Source of the DNA: Podarcis pityusensis
Lineage: Eukaryota
Assembly: GCA_964106645.2 (NCBI GenBank)
Contig: OZ067042.1
Strand: one strand, 5' to 3'
DNA: 64,000 nucleotides
Positions 1 to 13,395 of this stretch are shown here, piece after piece; within the stretch, counting starts at the first letter, position 1; every line of letters starts with the position of its first letter. Under the pieces are notes generated by a model. That model was not told the origin of the DNA. It did no database searches and saw only the letters and a program-made list of their open reading frames with translations. A program made the translations under genes and the position numbers.

Positions 1-1304
1 CACATGTGTCAAATTACACCAAAAGAGACCATTCCACTTCTGGAAAACAGCAAAGAGGACCTTCAGCTTGGCACACCCCCTAGCCTGGCACAGAAAAACG
101 AGGCAGCAGATAGATTACCGCGAACTGGGTCTCCCACAGAATGACTTTTCACCTGCAGCCCAGTTACGGGGATGCTGCCTGTGTTGGCCCAGCGGATAGC
201 ACTTTGTGCATGCTCTGGGACATGGCATTGCTGCCTTTGACCGGTTCCAGAGCTAAGCCCTGTCACTTGAAGGAGGAGAGGAAGAAACAAGAGCACCAGA
301 AACCTACACATAACACAAGCCCCTAGAGATCATTTCTTATTTTTTTAAAAAGAGAAAACTTAACCCTGGGATGGAATGGGATGTGGGAAGATTGCAGGAC
401 AAGAAGGGTCCTTGTTACGGTTGAACTTTAGGGCTGTTTTGCCTTCAGGAAGGAGATTTCCCTGGTGTTACACGCTTGGTCTACCCTAATGACTGCCCTT
501 CCTCCACCCTTTTGACCTCTCCCATTCCTCACTTCTGCGCAGACCTGGCAGTAGAGGCAGGAAAAGCTCTCTCTCTCTCTCCCCCCCCCCCACACCTCTA
601 TCAGACTTTGGCAGTGCTGGCATGTATTAACCACAGCGCTGGTAGAAGGAGTGCTTTCCCCGTGACTAGGGCGGCGAAGGCTGAAGCAGGTTTATCCAGC
701 AAGAGAAGAGCAGGGAGGCAGCTTCTCATGCGCCGCTCACTCGTGCCGTTTCAAAAAATAGGGGGGGGGGAAGAATTTGACCGTCTGGCCAACATTCCAG
801 CAGCAGATTAACAGCCAAAACCTCCCTGTCAGCATTCCCCAAAGAGCCTCCCAAGTCCCAGCCTCAGCCTTGGGGGTGAACAGAGAGACAGAGAGAGAGA
901 GAGAATGAACAACAGCGCATTTGGGATATTTGTCGGGGCCGTAACCAAAGATGGTTGACCCTGAGTAGCCGTTCTGCAGCTTGCTGGCATCCACGACAAG
1001 AGAAAGATGGGCATTTGACATGTGGGACCAAACACTAGCAGGTTGATAACATCAGCTGAGAGAGAGAGAGAGAGAGAGGAAGGATCTGGGGCAAAATCAG
1101 ATGCGTGGCAAAAACAGTTGTGCGGCCGCAAGAGTTTATAACACAGCTGAGTTCCAGCAGCATAGCAAGCACACATCACAAAAATAGACCCCAGTTCACG
1201 ACTGGTTGTTTTATTAAAAAGGTTTTGAGTACCTGTCCTTATAAAGAGGTCTCATGAGAGACCGGGCAATGACTCGAGAAAACCAGCCACAAGGGATTAC
1301 CCTG

Positions 1305-1775
1305 TAGGGCACAGTTAGTTCGGTTCGGTTCACATTTTGACTCAAATCTCCCTAGTTTGGACTTCCTGAAACAATGTGCAAACTGAGACACAGCTGCCCT
1401 TCAAAACCTGCCATTTCTCTGAATTTTGCAAGGCAGTTCTTCAGCCCTGAAAACGTATACAAAATGCGTACACGCATTAGGGGAACATGCACGTATAAAA
1501 GCGCACATGGTTGTTGTTGTTTTTTGTCAACCTACAGAAAAGTGTTATAGTAGGGGAAATTGCTTGCAAAAAAAAATGTGTGTACGAGGCAAAACTGCCT
1601 TGGAAATGAGTAGATGAGCAGTAAAGTGTGCTAAACTACCGTTGAGTTTTCTCAAGGACTTTTCGCTTAAAAAATGAAATCGCAACCTGATGCAGAAACG
1701 GGGCAAACTTGAGGCTGGAAATAATGAGAACTAGATGGGAAGTGAAATGGACAAATTTGTTTGTCGTCGCTGCAC
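1305..1775. mobile_element. Degenerate non-autonomous DNA transposon (hAT-like squamate repeat)
   Basis: Resembles a common squamate repeat; termini decayed. Confidence 0.4.
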
Positions 1776-2822
1776 CCTTGGCACCCTTCTGTGGAACAAA
1801 ACTTCTCCATCGCAGTCACCCAAAGTGGCTGGGACCTTCCTGCTCACAATGCAAGAGTCAAAGCTAGACATTATGACTTTATGCAGCTCCTATCCTAATT
1901 ACCTTCTCCCCAAGGCCCACAGAGTAGCAGTTAGCATTATTTTATTACTTTTGCACATTTGAGAAAGAGAAAGAGAGAAAGAGATACAGTCAGAAAACAC
2001 CATCTAACTGGTGGCTGTTTTCGGGAATACTCATAGTACTACCAGCCCAGTTTTTTTCTGAATCACACCCAAAACACAGAATCACATCTCCCATCATCCC
2101 TGACCCCTGTGGCTAGCTGCAGATGATGGGAATTGTAGTCCAACAACATCTGGAGAACCGCCGGTTTCCCGCCCTTGCTACAAGCAAAGGCTTGCACAAA
2201 TTTTTCACTTGTCGAGATTTAAAGTAACTCCTGCCTTACAAAACAAACAAGCCACGATAAACAAAGGAGGACATGGTGGCGGGTGTTTTGTTCCTGGTCC
2301 TTACAGAACAGGTTGGACACGTGCAGTCCCAACGAAGAGTGGGCGGGAGCAAACCCCAAAAAGCACATGCGCTCCGCCACCGAGATACCATCTCTGCCTT
2401 GTGGAGGGGAGGCCAGATATGCGCCGTGCCAGGAAACCGTCACGCCGCTCTCAAAAGTGAGGAATTTATGGCCTGTCAACCGAGTGATCTATCTCCCATC
2501 AAAAGGCATGATTGATGGGCTTCCGCGTTTATTGAAAGGAAACTTGCGCGTGCTGGAAGTGGTTTGCATACCACCCATGCTTTGCCCTGAAAACAAGTGC
2601 CGTGGAATGCAGCACATGGACGTCCAAAACACTCCCCACAGTGCGCCAGAATGCTGAATCTTGTCTTGAATCTAGAAATGGTTCCCGTCTCTCCCTCTCT
2701 CTCTCTTGCCTGGGACTCCCTTCCAGATCACCTAAGCCAGGGGTGGGAAACTAAAAGTTTTTGGACACCCAACAGCACCAGCAAACATGGTCAGAGACAA
2801 TGGGAGTTGCAGTCTGCAGAGG

Positions 2823-2824
<2 letters not shown>

Positions 2825-2860
<36 letters not shown>
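2825..2860 (+). repeat. (AC)n microsatellite
   Basis: Direct observation. Confidence 0.95.
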
Positions 2861-2862
<2 letters not shown>

Positions 2863-3199
2863 AAGGGATGCCAACTTTCTTCAGAGTCCTCCTCAAAGCC
2901 CACCTCTTCCACGGTCTTGGTTTTAGCCTCCATCCCAACCCCTCGCCCCAAACTACGGCACACTTTGGATTACATTTTAGTGTCTTAGCCTACATCTGCC
3001 ACACGTCACTGTCCGCTGCTGGGAGGCAGTGTGCTTGCGCTAAATACCCCTTGCTGGAAACGGCAGGAGGGGAGAGGGTTGTGCCTCCAAGGTCCTCCTT
3101 GTACGCTCCCCACAATCATCTGGCTGGCCAATGTGAGAACAGGATGCCGGACCAGATAAAACCGCTGGCCTGATCCAGCAGGGCTCTTTTGTGCCATCA

Positions 3200-3337
3200 G
3201 CTGGATAGCTCAGCTGGTTAGAGTATTCTGATTATAACGCCAAAGTTGCAGGTTTGGTCCCCCGTAAGGGAATATTTCTGCAGTGTAGAGGGTTGGACGA
3301 GATGATTATTGGGGTCTCTTCCAACTATGATTCTATG
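3200..3337 (+). mobile_element. SINE: tRNA-Ile-like head + CR1 3' tail
   Basis: TAGCTCAGCTGGTTAGAG..ATAACGCCAAAGTTGCAGGTTTGGTCCCCCGTA resembles tRNA-Ile; followed by GGGTTGGAC..GATG..CTTCCAAC..ATGATTCTATG. Confidence 0.75.
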
Positions 3338-3460
3338 TCGTCCTTCCTTTCCTCCATTGCCTGTTCTTGTGCAAAAGTTTTGTTTGCAGGCTTTTCTTTC
3401 TTTGTTTTTAGCCGGTGATTATTGACCATGTTTCCAAGTAAACCATAAACCTCTTCCAGA

Positions 3461-3713
3461 GGCTCGGAACTGAATCAATGAATTCAAGAAAGGAGATTCC
3501 GACTCAACATCAGGAAGAACCTTCTGACAGTAATAGCGGTTCAACAGTGGGAAAGACTCCCGAAGGAGGTTGTGGACACTCCTTCCTTGGAGGTTTTTAA
3601 GCAGAGGTTGGGTGGCCATCTGTCATGGATGCTGTAGCTGACGTTCCTGCATTGCAGGGGGTTGGACTGGATGACCCCCGGGGTCCCATAGAATTGGATT
3701 CTATGATTCTATG
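3461..3713 (+). mobile_element. CR1 LINE 3' fragment
   Basis: Sequence for the CR1 ORF2 end (RFRLNIRKNLLTV..VVDTPSLEVFKQRL), CR1 3' UTR and (ATTCTATG)n tail. Confidence 0.9.
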
Positions 3714-4004
3714 AAAACCCAAAGGGAAAACATTTTGGGAACCTTAATGAACAAAAAGGAAAGGCGCTGGTTATGTGCAGTTTCACATTTTAAACTCACT
3801 TCTCATTGTTTTTGCTCACTTCTCAGCCTGACCTGCCTTGTGAAGATATAGAAGGTGACATAAAACAGATGGAAAGCAGGACTTGGTGACTATATTGGAG
3901 GCATCTGTCAGAGGTTCTGTCAGGGGTGCTTTAGCTGAGATTCCTGCATCGCAGGGGGTTGAACTAGATGGCTCTACAATTCTTTAGTTCTATGGGCATT
4001 TCTA

Positions 4005-4360
4005 GGCCGCGGGTGGCGCTGTGGGTTAAACCACAGAGCATAGGACTTGCCGATCAGAAGGTCGGTGGTTCAAATCCCCACGACGGGGTGAGCTCCTGTT
4101 GTTCGGTCCCTGCTCCTGCCAACCTAGCAGTTCAAAAGCACGTCAAAGTGCAAGTAGATAAATAGGTACCACTCTGGTGGGAAGGTAAACGGTGTTTCCG
4201 TGCACTGCTCTGGTTTGCCAGAAGCGGCTTAGTCATGCTGGCCACAGGACCCGGAAGCTGTACACCGGCTCCCTCGGCCAATAAAGCGAGATGAGTGCCG
4301 CAACCCCAGAGTTGTCCGCGGCTGGACCTAACGGTCAGGGGTCCCTTTACCTTTTCCTTT
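4005..4360 (+). mobile_element. Sauria SINE (Squam1), full length
   Basis: GCGGGTGGCGCTGTGGGTTAAACC..GTAGATAAATAGGTACC..GGTCCCTTTACCTTT; TSD TATGGGCATT(C)TCTA at 3991-4004 / 4361-4375. Confidence 0.95.
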
Positions 4361-7309
4361 TATGGGCATTCTCTAAACTAAAAAGTCCTGTGTACACTGA
4401 TGGTGCTGCATAAACAAAATGAGAATACTGGATTAGCCGAAACTGTTTTTGTACAGGTCCGTGGCAATATGGAACTATCAAATCTAAGTAAGGATACCAA
4501 AGTAGAAGTGGAATTTTGGAGCAACAAAAAAGAAAATAAAAAACCATGTGCTGCCAACGCAGGTGGCAATGCTATATGGGCCGCCTTTTTGCCATCTCCC
4601 ACTCCCACCCCATCGCCCTTCAGCACCCTCTTGGTGAGACAGCAATTAGTTTTCCAGTTTGGTCTTGCAAGGAGGTTACGCCGCATCCCGGGATTTTAGG
4701 AATCCAAGTGCTACCCCCCTGGAACAGAGATGGGGCTGTGATGGAACAGCTGCTCCAGAAGGGTGGGAAGCAGACTGGAGCCTGATCAAAGCTCAAGGAT
4801 CGCACTGGAAGATGGATGGTTTCCATCTCATGCCAAGGCACCACTCAGACCTGTTTTGTGCAGAAAGCAGATCTTGCCGTAAAACTGTTCCTGGACTATA
4901 TCAGTTCAGACTGCAAAGTGGGGGACTGCAAGGCTAAATGTTCCCCCAGATGAGGGGGGAAATCCCCCAAGAAAACCAAATGTCAGGAACAAAGTGTCTT
5001 CTAGCTTAAGCTAGCTTGCCTTTTGGCAGGCATTATTTTTGCAAGGAAGCATTCGAACACAAAATGCTCAGAAACGACACGGTCCCCAAGAACAGTTGTG
5101 CAAATCAGCTGTTCGCACAGTCCATGATTCAGAGCCAATTCAGGCCCTCAGAAAGCGCCAAGCACCAATGACAAACTACACATGTGACACGGTAAATGGT
5201 GGGCTTTTAAAGGACTGGCTTCCCTGCGTTAAAACAAAGAAGGAGTATCACAAAATGACCAGGTTCCCAATTCTGTATTTATGCAAAGAACCCTGGGCAC
5301 CCAGAAATCCATGTAACACCCTTTGCTATGGAGGAACTTGTACGTGTATTTTAAAAATCAATTTAAACAAGGGTGATTTTACACCTTGGTTCAAACTGTA
5401 ATGCCTAAATTACAGGTGTGTTAGAAGCGTATCAGCTCCTGGTGTGTTCCTGAAGCCAGCACCCCCAAAATGGTACTGAGACCAATGCTGGGGGTGCTCC
5501 TTCCCCTTTGAAAAAGCTCAGCAGCAGCAGCAGCAAGAACCCACGGAGGACAAAAGAATTGGGAGAACCCCTGGGGAACCAATTTAGCCAAGGCAAACAA
5601 AAAGCTGGACATTTGTAATGGAGGCTTGTAAATAGCTAATCATCTGGTCTCCTATGGCGAATCAGAACCGTTTCCAGGCAACCACGCAGGGTAGCTTCTA
5701 TTAAGTGGGAAATATCCCCCCCCCCGCAGTGTCAGAAACCGCTAGCGCAGAGGCAGGGAAGGCTAGCAAAAGTTTTCCTGGGCTAATAACGCCGGTGAAC
5801 TTATTTGCAAAGCTGAAGTAATGCGCGCACCACCGCAAACAGTGGTATTTGCAGGCCTGTGCCTGCCCATCTTCATCCTGCCTGAAGTGTTAAGCGACTA
5901 CGGCTAGATTTGTGGCTGCAGTTTTGGGGGTTATTTGCTTCATCTGCTCTCGGGGGACCGGAGCAAGGAGTGTCTTGCGCTGGGACAGCCCAAGAAAGAG
6001 CCGGAAGAAAGCAGCGGAAAGTTCTAGACCTGCTATCAACCTTGCCTCCCTGTTCAGCGCATGTCCAAAAGGTAAAGCCAACACACACACACACCCCCCT
6101 CATGAAATGCCCTTCTCGGAGGTATGTTCCGCCAGAGTGTGCTGATCCATGACAGATGCTGCGTTCTGACAGGAGACGTGCCATTTGCATCCTGATTTTG
6201 TCAGGATCCACGAGCTCACCTGAAAGACGGGCGCCGAACAAGGAGGCACAAGAAGAGGCTAAAAATAATTTAAAAAAGAACTATCGCTGCAGTAATTAGA
6301 AATCTCGGTAAGCAGTCAACCAAAAAAAAAAAAGCGGGGAAGTGGGGGGGGTGGGGAGCTCAAGAAGACAAAGAAGGAAAAGCCAGAAAGCATCTTTTCA
6401 GCAGCTGAAAGAAAAGGGAAGGGACTGTGAGAGACATCAAGGCAAATGGACATAAGGCTGCCCCTTTGCCCCTTCCCAGAATTCCTCTGTTGATGACACT
6501 GCAGGCTAAAATTCAACGGATACAGACTTTTCCTAATGCAGAGATACCTGAGCCAAACAAGGTGCTACTTACAGTTTTAATGAATCTTGCTTAAAGGTGC
6601 CTACTTTTACTTCGAAGGAGGTGCAGACACATGGAACGCCCCCCCCCCCCCAATTCAGGACATTTGGTTTCCTGCCCAAAATTGTACAAAGGTGCCACTC
6701 TGCAGTAAACAGAACTCCATTCAAAGCAGCAACAATATCACCCCCGTTACACCTTGCAGAGGCAAACACTTTTGACCCTGTTCTCAGCGCCCACCCCAAA
6801 ACAGTGCGGAAAGGAGGGGTGCTTTTTTTTTTTTGGGGGGGGGGGGGAGGGCAACTTCGTTTCCCAAATCCTCCTCTGATTCACTGTCAGCTTAGGCCTA
6901 CTGAAACTAATATACTGTCGAGCCCCGAGGGCAGAGTACAACTTGCTTCTCCCAACAGTGATTTAACTGCTTTGCAGAGCAGTATATGCTTGTTATATGT
7001 GAACGATGGCACAAGTGTCTGTTTTGCTGTGACTAATTATTACATTAGACAGTTTACTTTGTATACACACACACCTCAGCCAGGAAGCCTACGTAATTTG
7101 CACCCCCTAGCAGACTCCGGCTAAGTTTTAGGCAGACACTGATGAATTTTTCGAGTTTCATGTTCCCGTTGCATCTTTTGTGCGCCACGTGAAGCATTTT
7201 TTAATTGGAAGGCAGTTGCATTTTACAAAGCAATTAGCAAAACGCATCCTTCGCAATGGTCTCAAAAAACAGTGGAGAAAACACACATGCACAAAGGAAG
7301 CAGACGTCG

Positions 7310-7337
7310 GTGTGTGTGTGTGTGTGTGTGTGTGTGT
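7310..7337 (+). repeat. (TG)n microsatellite
   Basis: Direct observation. Confidence 0.95.
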
Positions 7338-7914
7338 ACACACATGCATTTGGACCAATATATTGGGGGGGAAATAGATGCAGGAATTCCTAGACTTTTT
7401 GAGCCTGTGGGCACATTTCAGAATTTGAGAAGCTGCCATGGCTATACCACAAAATGTCTGCCGTGGCAAGAGGTGGCAAGTCATAAAACGGCTGCTGCAA
7501 GAAGCCTGGCTTCCCAAAGAAAATGAGTGCAAGGGAGAGGTTGCGTCTGAGATCCAAACGTCAAATGACGTTATCTGATCCCTCCCCAGAACAAAATACC
7601 GGTTTCACAGGAGGAAAACGGGCGGTGCTTGAAGACACCCCCTCCCTCGACACCAAGGAAAAGCAACACGATACAGACAAAACAGACTGTACCCTCAACA
7701 TTAAGAGGGGTTTTTGGCCTTCCAGTCAGAACAATATTATAGAAACGATACAACTTTATCTGTATCATAAACTCTGCCATCTCTAGCCTGTCTAATAACA
7801 CAATACGAGGACATGAGGCCACCATCTTGCTGCAACTAAGCAGCTCTGGGTCTGGTCAATCAATGCCTGAGTGGAACCATGTTGGACAGAAGGAAGACAG
7901 GATATAAATGAAAG

Positions 7915-8109
7915 ATTTTGATATATCACAATGTCTGAAACAAGGACGGAGCTATTTGGGGCATTGGCTGGCTTCATGGTTTTTCCCCGCCTTGTGATTT
8001 CTGCATAGCACATCATTATCATTTGCTATATATTGCCAGGTCAACAATTACGAAACTGATACCACGTCAAAATGGTTTTGGATGATATATCGCTATAACG
8101 CCCAGCTCT
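7915..8109 (-). mobile_element. hAT-type MITE fragment (same family as 46934-47200)
   Basis: Reverse-complement similarity to 46934-47140; ends CGCCCAGCTCTA. Confidence 0.65.
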
Positions 8110-8125
8110 ACTGAAGACACCATGG

Positions 8126-8285
8126 GGAAGGGTCATAGGTCAGTGGTAGAGGATTTGCTTTCCATGCAGAAGGTCCAGGCTCAATCCTGAACATCTCAAG
8201 GTGGGGCTGGAAGAAGAACCTGCCTGCAATCCTGGAGATTCACAATAGTGAGTTGGATGGGCCAATGGAGCTTCCAAGGTTCCTA
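8126..8285 (+). mobile_element. Old tRNA(Ala-like)-derived squamate SINE
   Basis: CAGTGGTAGAG..TTTCCATGCAGAAGGTCCAGGCTCAATCC head; related fragments near 16130, 17915, 44870, 53960 and 59805. Confidence 0.65.
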
Positions 8286-9050
8286 TCATCTCCATCTGAA
8301 CCACAAAGCTTGGAAGCTCTGAACCGGCATGCCCAAAGCTCCAGGTCAGGGATGTCTGGAAGCATCCTTTGCCAGCTGCAGAATATCCTTAAGACAGGCA
8401 GAAAAGGAGTACCGCGGAATGAAAGATTAACCACAGCAAAGGGAGAAAGTAGAAAGCGGGAGGGGGGGGAGGAGGCAGATGATATCGTAGAACAAAGGGT
8501 GCGGCTGAGCCAACCGATTCTCCCGGGATACGTGCCGAGTCATAAGGGGCAAAATGCAATCTGCAGCTTGTTTCAGGTGCTCTGCTCCTCATTGAGACTC
8601 CTGGTTCCAAGTTTTACTGCGGGCAAGTCAGAACCTCATTAAGAGATACTAACTGTTTGGACCGACATCACAGGCCATTGCAACGTTCTTGGCTGCTGAA
8701 AGAGCAGGCTGGGGCATGGTACCGCAGGGAAATGCCTTTTATGGGGGGCAGGGGGGGGGAGAAGCTCCAGCCTGCCACCTCTGCCAGCAGGTCGGCACTC
8801 CTCCTTCCAAGAAACTATCCGATTGCGAGGATAGATTTCAGCCAGCGACTAGGACTGAAGTAGACTGGCAAGCATATTCAAGAGCAATGGCGCGGAGGCT
8901 ACAGGAACTCAATGGCAGAAGCAAGTACCAGGACAGGGAAGGAATTATTTGCTTGTTCTCTCGCAGAGACGTTTTCCTCACATCTCTTTCCTACGTGGGG
9001 CTTCCCGGGACAAGCAGCAGTGTATTAAGTTGTCACATAAAACGACTCAA

Positions 9051-9141
9051 TGGTGGCACAATGGGTTAATGCGCCTGGCTGTTAACCAGAAGGTTGGTGG
9101 TTCGAGCCCAGCCAGGGATAGATGTGGGCAGGACCATTCTT
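9051..9141 (+). mobile_element. tRNA-Asn-derived SINE head / tRNA pseudogene
   Basis: GTGGCACAATGGGTTAATGCGCCTGGCTGTTAACCAGAAGGTTGGTGGTTCGAGCCCAGCCAGGGA closely resembles tRNA-Asn(GTT), with stem mismatches. Confidence 0.75.
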
Positions 9142-9411
9142 AGAAACTCATAGATATATAAGCTATTGCCCAAATGGCACCTTCTCTCCCCCCCCCCCAA
9201 TGTGGTTTATTATTAAAATTATAATTACTATTAAGGGGGGGGATCTCAAAGCAGCTTGCAAGACATTAAAACATCAAATAAAACAATCCAGAATAAAACA
9301 AATTCAGGCTTCAAGGAATTTTTTTCAGATACTTCTCTCAGTGATAGTTTGCTCTCCCCAATATTTACCTAGTCAATTTATATAGCTGCCCCATAGTGAA
9401 GTACTGTAGGA

Positions 9412-9623
9412 AGCCAGGGTGGGGTAGTGCTTAAGAGTGTCAGACTAGGACCTGGGAAATTAGGGTTCAAATCCCCACTCAGTCCTGAAGCTCACTGGGT
9501 GATCTTGGAATCAGTCACAGCCCCCTAACCTACCTTACAGGGTCGTTGTAGAGATTAACTGAGGAAGTGGGTGAAGCATGGACTCCGTGGAGAAAATGGT
9601 GGGATATAAATTGCAATAAATAA
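9412..9623 (+). mobile_element. MIR-like/Squam3-related tRNA SINE with L2-type tail
   Basis: A box (GTAGTGCTTAAGAG), B box (GGTTCAAATCCC), CTGGGTGATCTTGG core, AATAAATAA tail. Confidence 0.75.
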
Positions 9624-10743
9624 GCTATTCTGCTTAGCTGCTGGAGAGAGATGGAGCGGCCAGCCAGATGGAGATCTCCATTTGGCCACAATCGGTCCTG
9701 CTCCAGTTGCAAAACACGCCTGGCTAATTTTGACCACTGTTCCTGCATTGCCTGGGGTTGGAGTAGATGGCCCTCGGGATTCCTTCCAACTCTATAATGC
9801 TAGCATTTTAGCATCATTTCACAAGGTATGGTTGTGAATTTCTGTACTCATGCCTCCTGCTAGAAAGGTAACCAAAACAGCAGTTATGACCCCTGAAACT
9901 GTGTCGCGCTTCTACCCCCATACAAGAAAGTAAGCCTGAGAGTCGTTTCATCACCCCTGCAGCGGGAGCCCCAAGGCCGGCAGTCCAACTGGTAGTGCTG
10001 ACCCCAGAGAGGGGGAACCTCCCCTGCCCAAGCTTTGGCTCCCTGTCCAGCTCAGGAGGTAATTGTGGCCGCAGCAAGCAACCTTGTGCTCCCTGCATTC
10101 AGCCACCTATTGGCACAATTAATCCCAGCGACATTCTGAACAGCATCACAAAGGCCTCTGGAGAGAGCGCCTTTGTCCGGGACAAAAAACCGCCTGTGGC
10201 AGAGAACATGAGGTCGCACTTTTCCCGCTGACATGTAGGTTTTTTTGCAAATGCAAAAGCATCAGCCACACAGAGTGACAGCATAGTTGGGGGGTCAGCC
10301 CCTGTGTGCTTCCCTGCCCTGCAAAACTTCCAAATTCTCGCCAATCTTCTTGCCTTTTGGAAAGAACCTTCATTGTCCCCAGTCTCCAAAAAAGTTGCAC
10401 ACTCTGGGGTAGGGAAGGCAGCTGCCCTGGTAAGATGTTATCGCTGTTTGTTGACGACGGGGCCCGTCACCGATCCCTACACTGCCAGGATGTTTCATGC
10501 ACTAAACTGCAAGCTGTTGCGCTTTTTTGCGGGGGATCTAGATGATTTATCCTGAGATAACTCTCCTGTTGCAGAGCAGGGGCCGGGAGTGTCATTTGCC
10601 TCTGCAGTCGGAACCACAAAAATGTCGTAGTGAAAATGAGATTCCTCGCTCACTGCTAGTTACTGACAGCGCTATGCAGAAAAACTTGCTGTGTAAGCGT
10701 CGCAGGAACCAATTGGACAGTGCCCATGACAGCACCAGTATTA

Positions 10744-11002
10744 CCGTATTTTTTGCTGTATAAGACTCACTTTTTCCCTCCTAAAAAGTTAGGGGAAATG
10801 TGTGTGCGTCTTATGGAGTGAATGCAGGCTGTGCAGCTATCCCAGAAGCCAGAACAGCAAGAGGGATTTCTGCTTTCGCTGCGCAGAGATCCCTCTTGCT
10901 GTTCTGGCTTCTGAGATTCAGAATATTTTTTTCCTTGTTTTCCTCCTCCAAAAACTAGATGTGTCTTATGGTCTGGTGCGTCTTATAGAGCGAAAAATAC
11001 GT
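10744..11002 (+). mobile_element. Tigger/pogo-type MITE with internal hairpin
   Basis: TA + CCGTATTTTTTGCTGTATAAGAC ... GTCTTATAGAGCGAAAAATACG TIRs; same family as 44016 and 56605. Confidence 0.9.
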
Positions 11003-13288
11003 CTCCTCCAACCAGCCTTCACCAGTTATGTTCTAATAGCTCTTTTAAGAAGGTTTTGAAAAGAGTAAGAGAGATCATTCTCCAGAGCTGGAGTGCTCAT
11101 CTAGCTCCACTTTATTTTTCAGAAAAGGGAAGGGACATTTACCCTCTCACGAAGTTACACAGAGGCTGGCACAGCCTCTGCCAACCTGGTGCATTACAGC
11201 CGATTTGGATTACAATTTCCACATCCTCCACTGATGGGAGATACAATCCAGAAGAGCTGGAGAGCAAAATTTTGGCCAAGACTGCCTGGACACGGCCCCC
11301 GCTGCCTTTGAAACCAGCCTTTCTCCCTCCGTTTTCCTACTTTTGTAAAAGAAAAAGAAAAGCTGAACAAAGATGGCATTTGCGCTGATGGGTGCAACCA
11401 GCTTTTGGCTGCAAACACAGCTCAGGTGTGTGTCTCCCCCTCACCTGGCTAAGGCGAGTTTGTGCCTTAAATCTACAAGGCCGCCAAAGAAACATCACAG
11501 AGTCTCCCTAATTAAAGAGAGAGAGAGACAGAGACCAAAGTTTGGGAGTGTATACTTCATTATCACCATTTCAGTTCTGCCAAAAGGAAAACTCATGGCC
11601 AGGTCAACCCCACCTTTGTGCACTTCAAAGCCCAAACACGCTTGCTTGATAATGGCCTCAAAAAGCAGCTTTGAAACGAAGCAGCAGAGAAAATGGACTT
11701 TTTATCTCTCCCGCCCCCTCACCTCCAGCTGGCCACCTGCCCCACCTCAACTGCTGGCAAGAGGAATGAGCCCCTGCGCCTCTCAGCTTAATAGGAGAAC
11801 CCCTTGCCTCTGACAAAGCACATCTCATGAAAGATTCAGAAGGGCTGTGCGCTGCGGAAGCGGCCATGACAGGTTTGAGAGGAGGTGGGGTGGGAAGAAA
11901 GGCAGCGAAAGAGAAGGTCTGAGCCCCAAGCCGTAGGACCCGTTGCAAGATGCAAGCAAAGCCCTGCATGTCGGGGTGGAAAAGGAAGGGGACAAGAGAA
12001 AGCGCGGAGAGCTCAGGATGTGCACACTTCATGCGCTCCCGCCTGGCACTCCCCAGAGGACCTGAGCTGTCAGGGCAAAGCTATTCCAGGCCCACGAAAG
12101 GCCGTGACCCATGAACGCCGCCTCTCTGCAACGTTTCGGGAAAGAGGGGTCCTGGGAAACCCATGCGCTTGCCACTTTTAATGCGTCGGCAGAAGCTATG
12201 TGCCAGCTCCCCCTGCAGGAGATCAGAGGCGGCTGCAAGTCAGGCTGCAAAGTGGGCAGTTTCGTTCCATGCTTCTTCTTTTTGGCTTCCTCCCTTCGCT
12301 CCCCGCTCCCCTCACCCTCCAAAAAGAATTGGCCTTCAATTTCGTAACTCACTTAGGATAATTTTCTTTAAAAAAACAACAACACAGCAGCAGCAGCAGC
12401 TAGCATTTCATACCCTCCCGTTACACACCTTGAAAAAGAAAAAGAAAAGAAAGAAGATTATTGGTTTCTTCGCCATATAAAATATACTTCTGCAGAAAGA
12501 AGCAGCGCTGAAGGTCGTAAGTGAGCTGTCGGAGGGAGACAGGTAGCTTGTCAAAGCAATGCGTTTGTCAATACAGAAAACCTGTCTGCTAATACGCCTC
12601 ACTTAATATTGTGGTGTGGAGCTAACACACACCCTTCTCCTAAGCCAGACTTTAAAAAGAGGGCTTGGCAATTCCTAACTAAAGCAGCTGATAAAATTTT
12701 GATTCCCCCCCCCCCACCATTTGTAATTGTCATTTCTCTCTTTTTTAAAACAACAACAACAACAACAGTTTGGTTAACATTAAATCTGAATGCCCTGTTA
12801 ACGCTACACAATCTCTTAACACTGGACTAATTACTTTCTATTAAAAACATTGCAACGGAACTCTTTTAATGTAAACAAGGGTTTTTTGGGGGGGGGGGGG
12901 ATCAGGGAAATCATCTTTTTTGAGACCAGCCACTTAGATTTGTACAGCGCTGAATGAGCATTGCCGTGAACGAAAATAAAAAACAGAAACACAACAACTC
13001 TTGCTTATGTGCTATGACACATAAGCTTCTGTGACACAATAAGCAGGCGGCTGTATTATTATGATGGGCTGGAGATTTTGGGCTAAGGACAGACAAGTCA
13101 TCACAGGCACTGGAAGCCAGGGAGTAGGAGCCAGCAGCTGCCTTCAGGAGATGAGGAGGAAAAGGATGTCCACTAGGCCACACCTGGGTGGTCCTGTATA
13201 TTCAGGTTTGCATCCTCTCTGCTTGAGCTCTGCAATTATCTCCTCCTTAATTTGTATGCGCTCAGCTGGGACCGAGTCAATGGGACTT

Positions 13289-13395
13289 AGAATCATAGAA
13301 ATCTCAACCAAGTGCAATGCAGGAACCTTTTTTTGCCCTATGGGCAGCTCAAACCCACAGCCCTGGAACTGAGAGCTTCATGCTCTACCAAGCGA
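13289..13395 (-). mobile_element. SINE: tRNA-Lys-like head + CR1 tail (degenerate)
   Basis: Minus strand GGTAGAGCATGAAGCTCT..GGGCTGTGGGTTTGAGC..GGGCAAAA..TTCCTGCATTGCA..TTCTATGATTCT. Confidence 0.7.

Noticed and set aside
7820-7880. 5S rRNA gene
   Set aside because: Only a degenerate internal fragment, consistent with a 5S-derived repeat.
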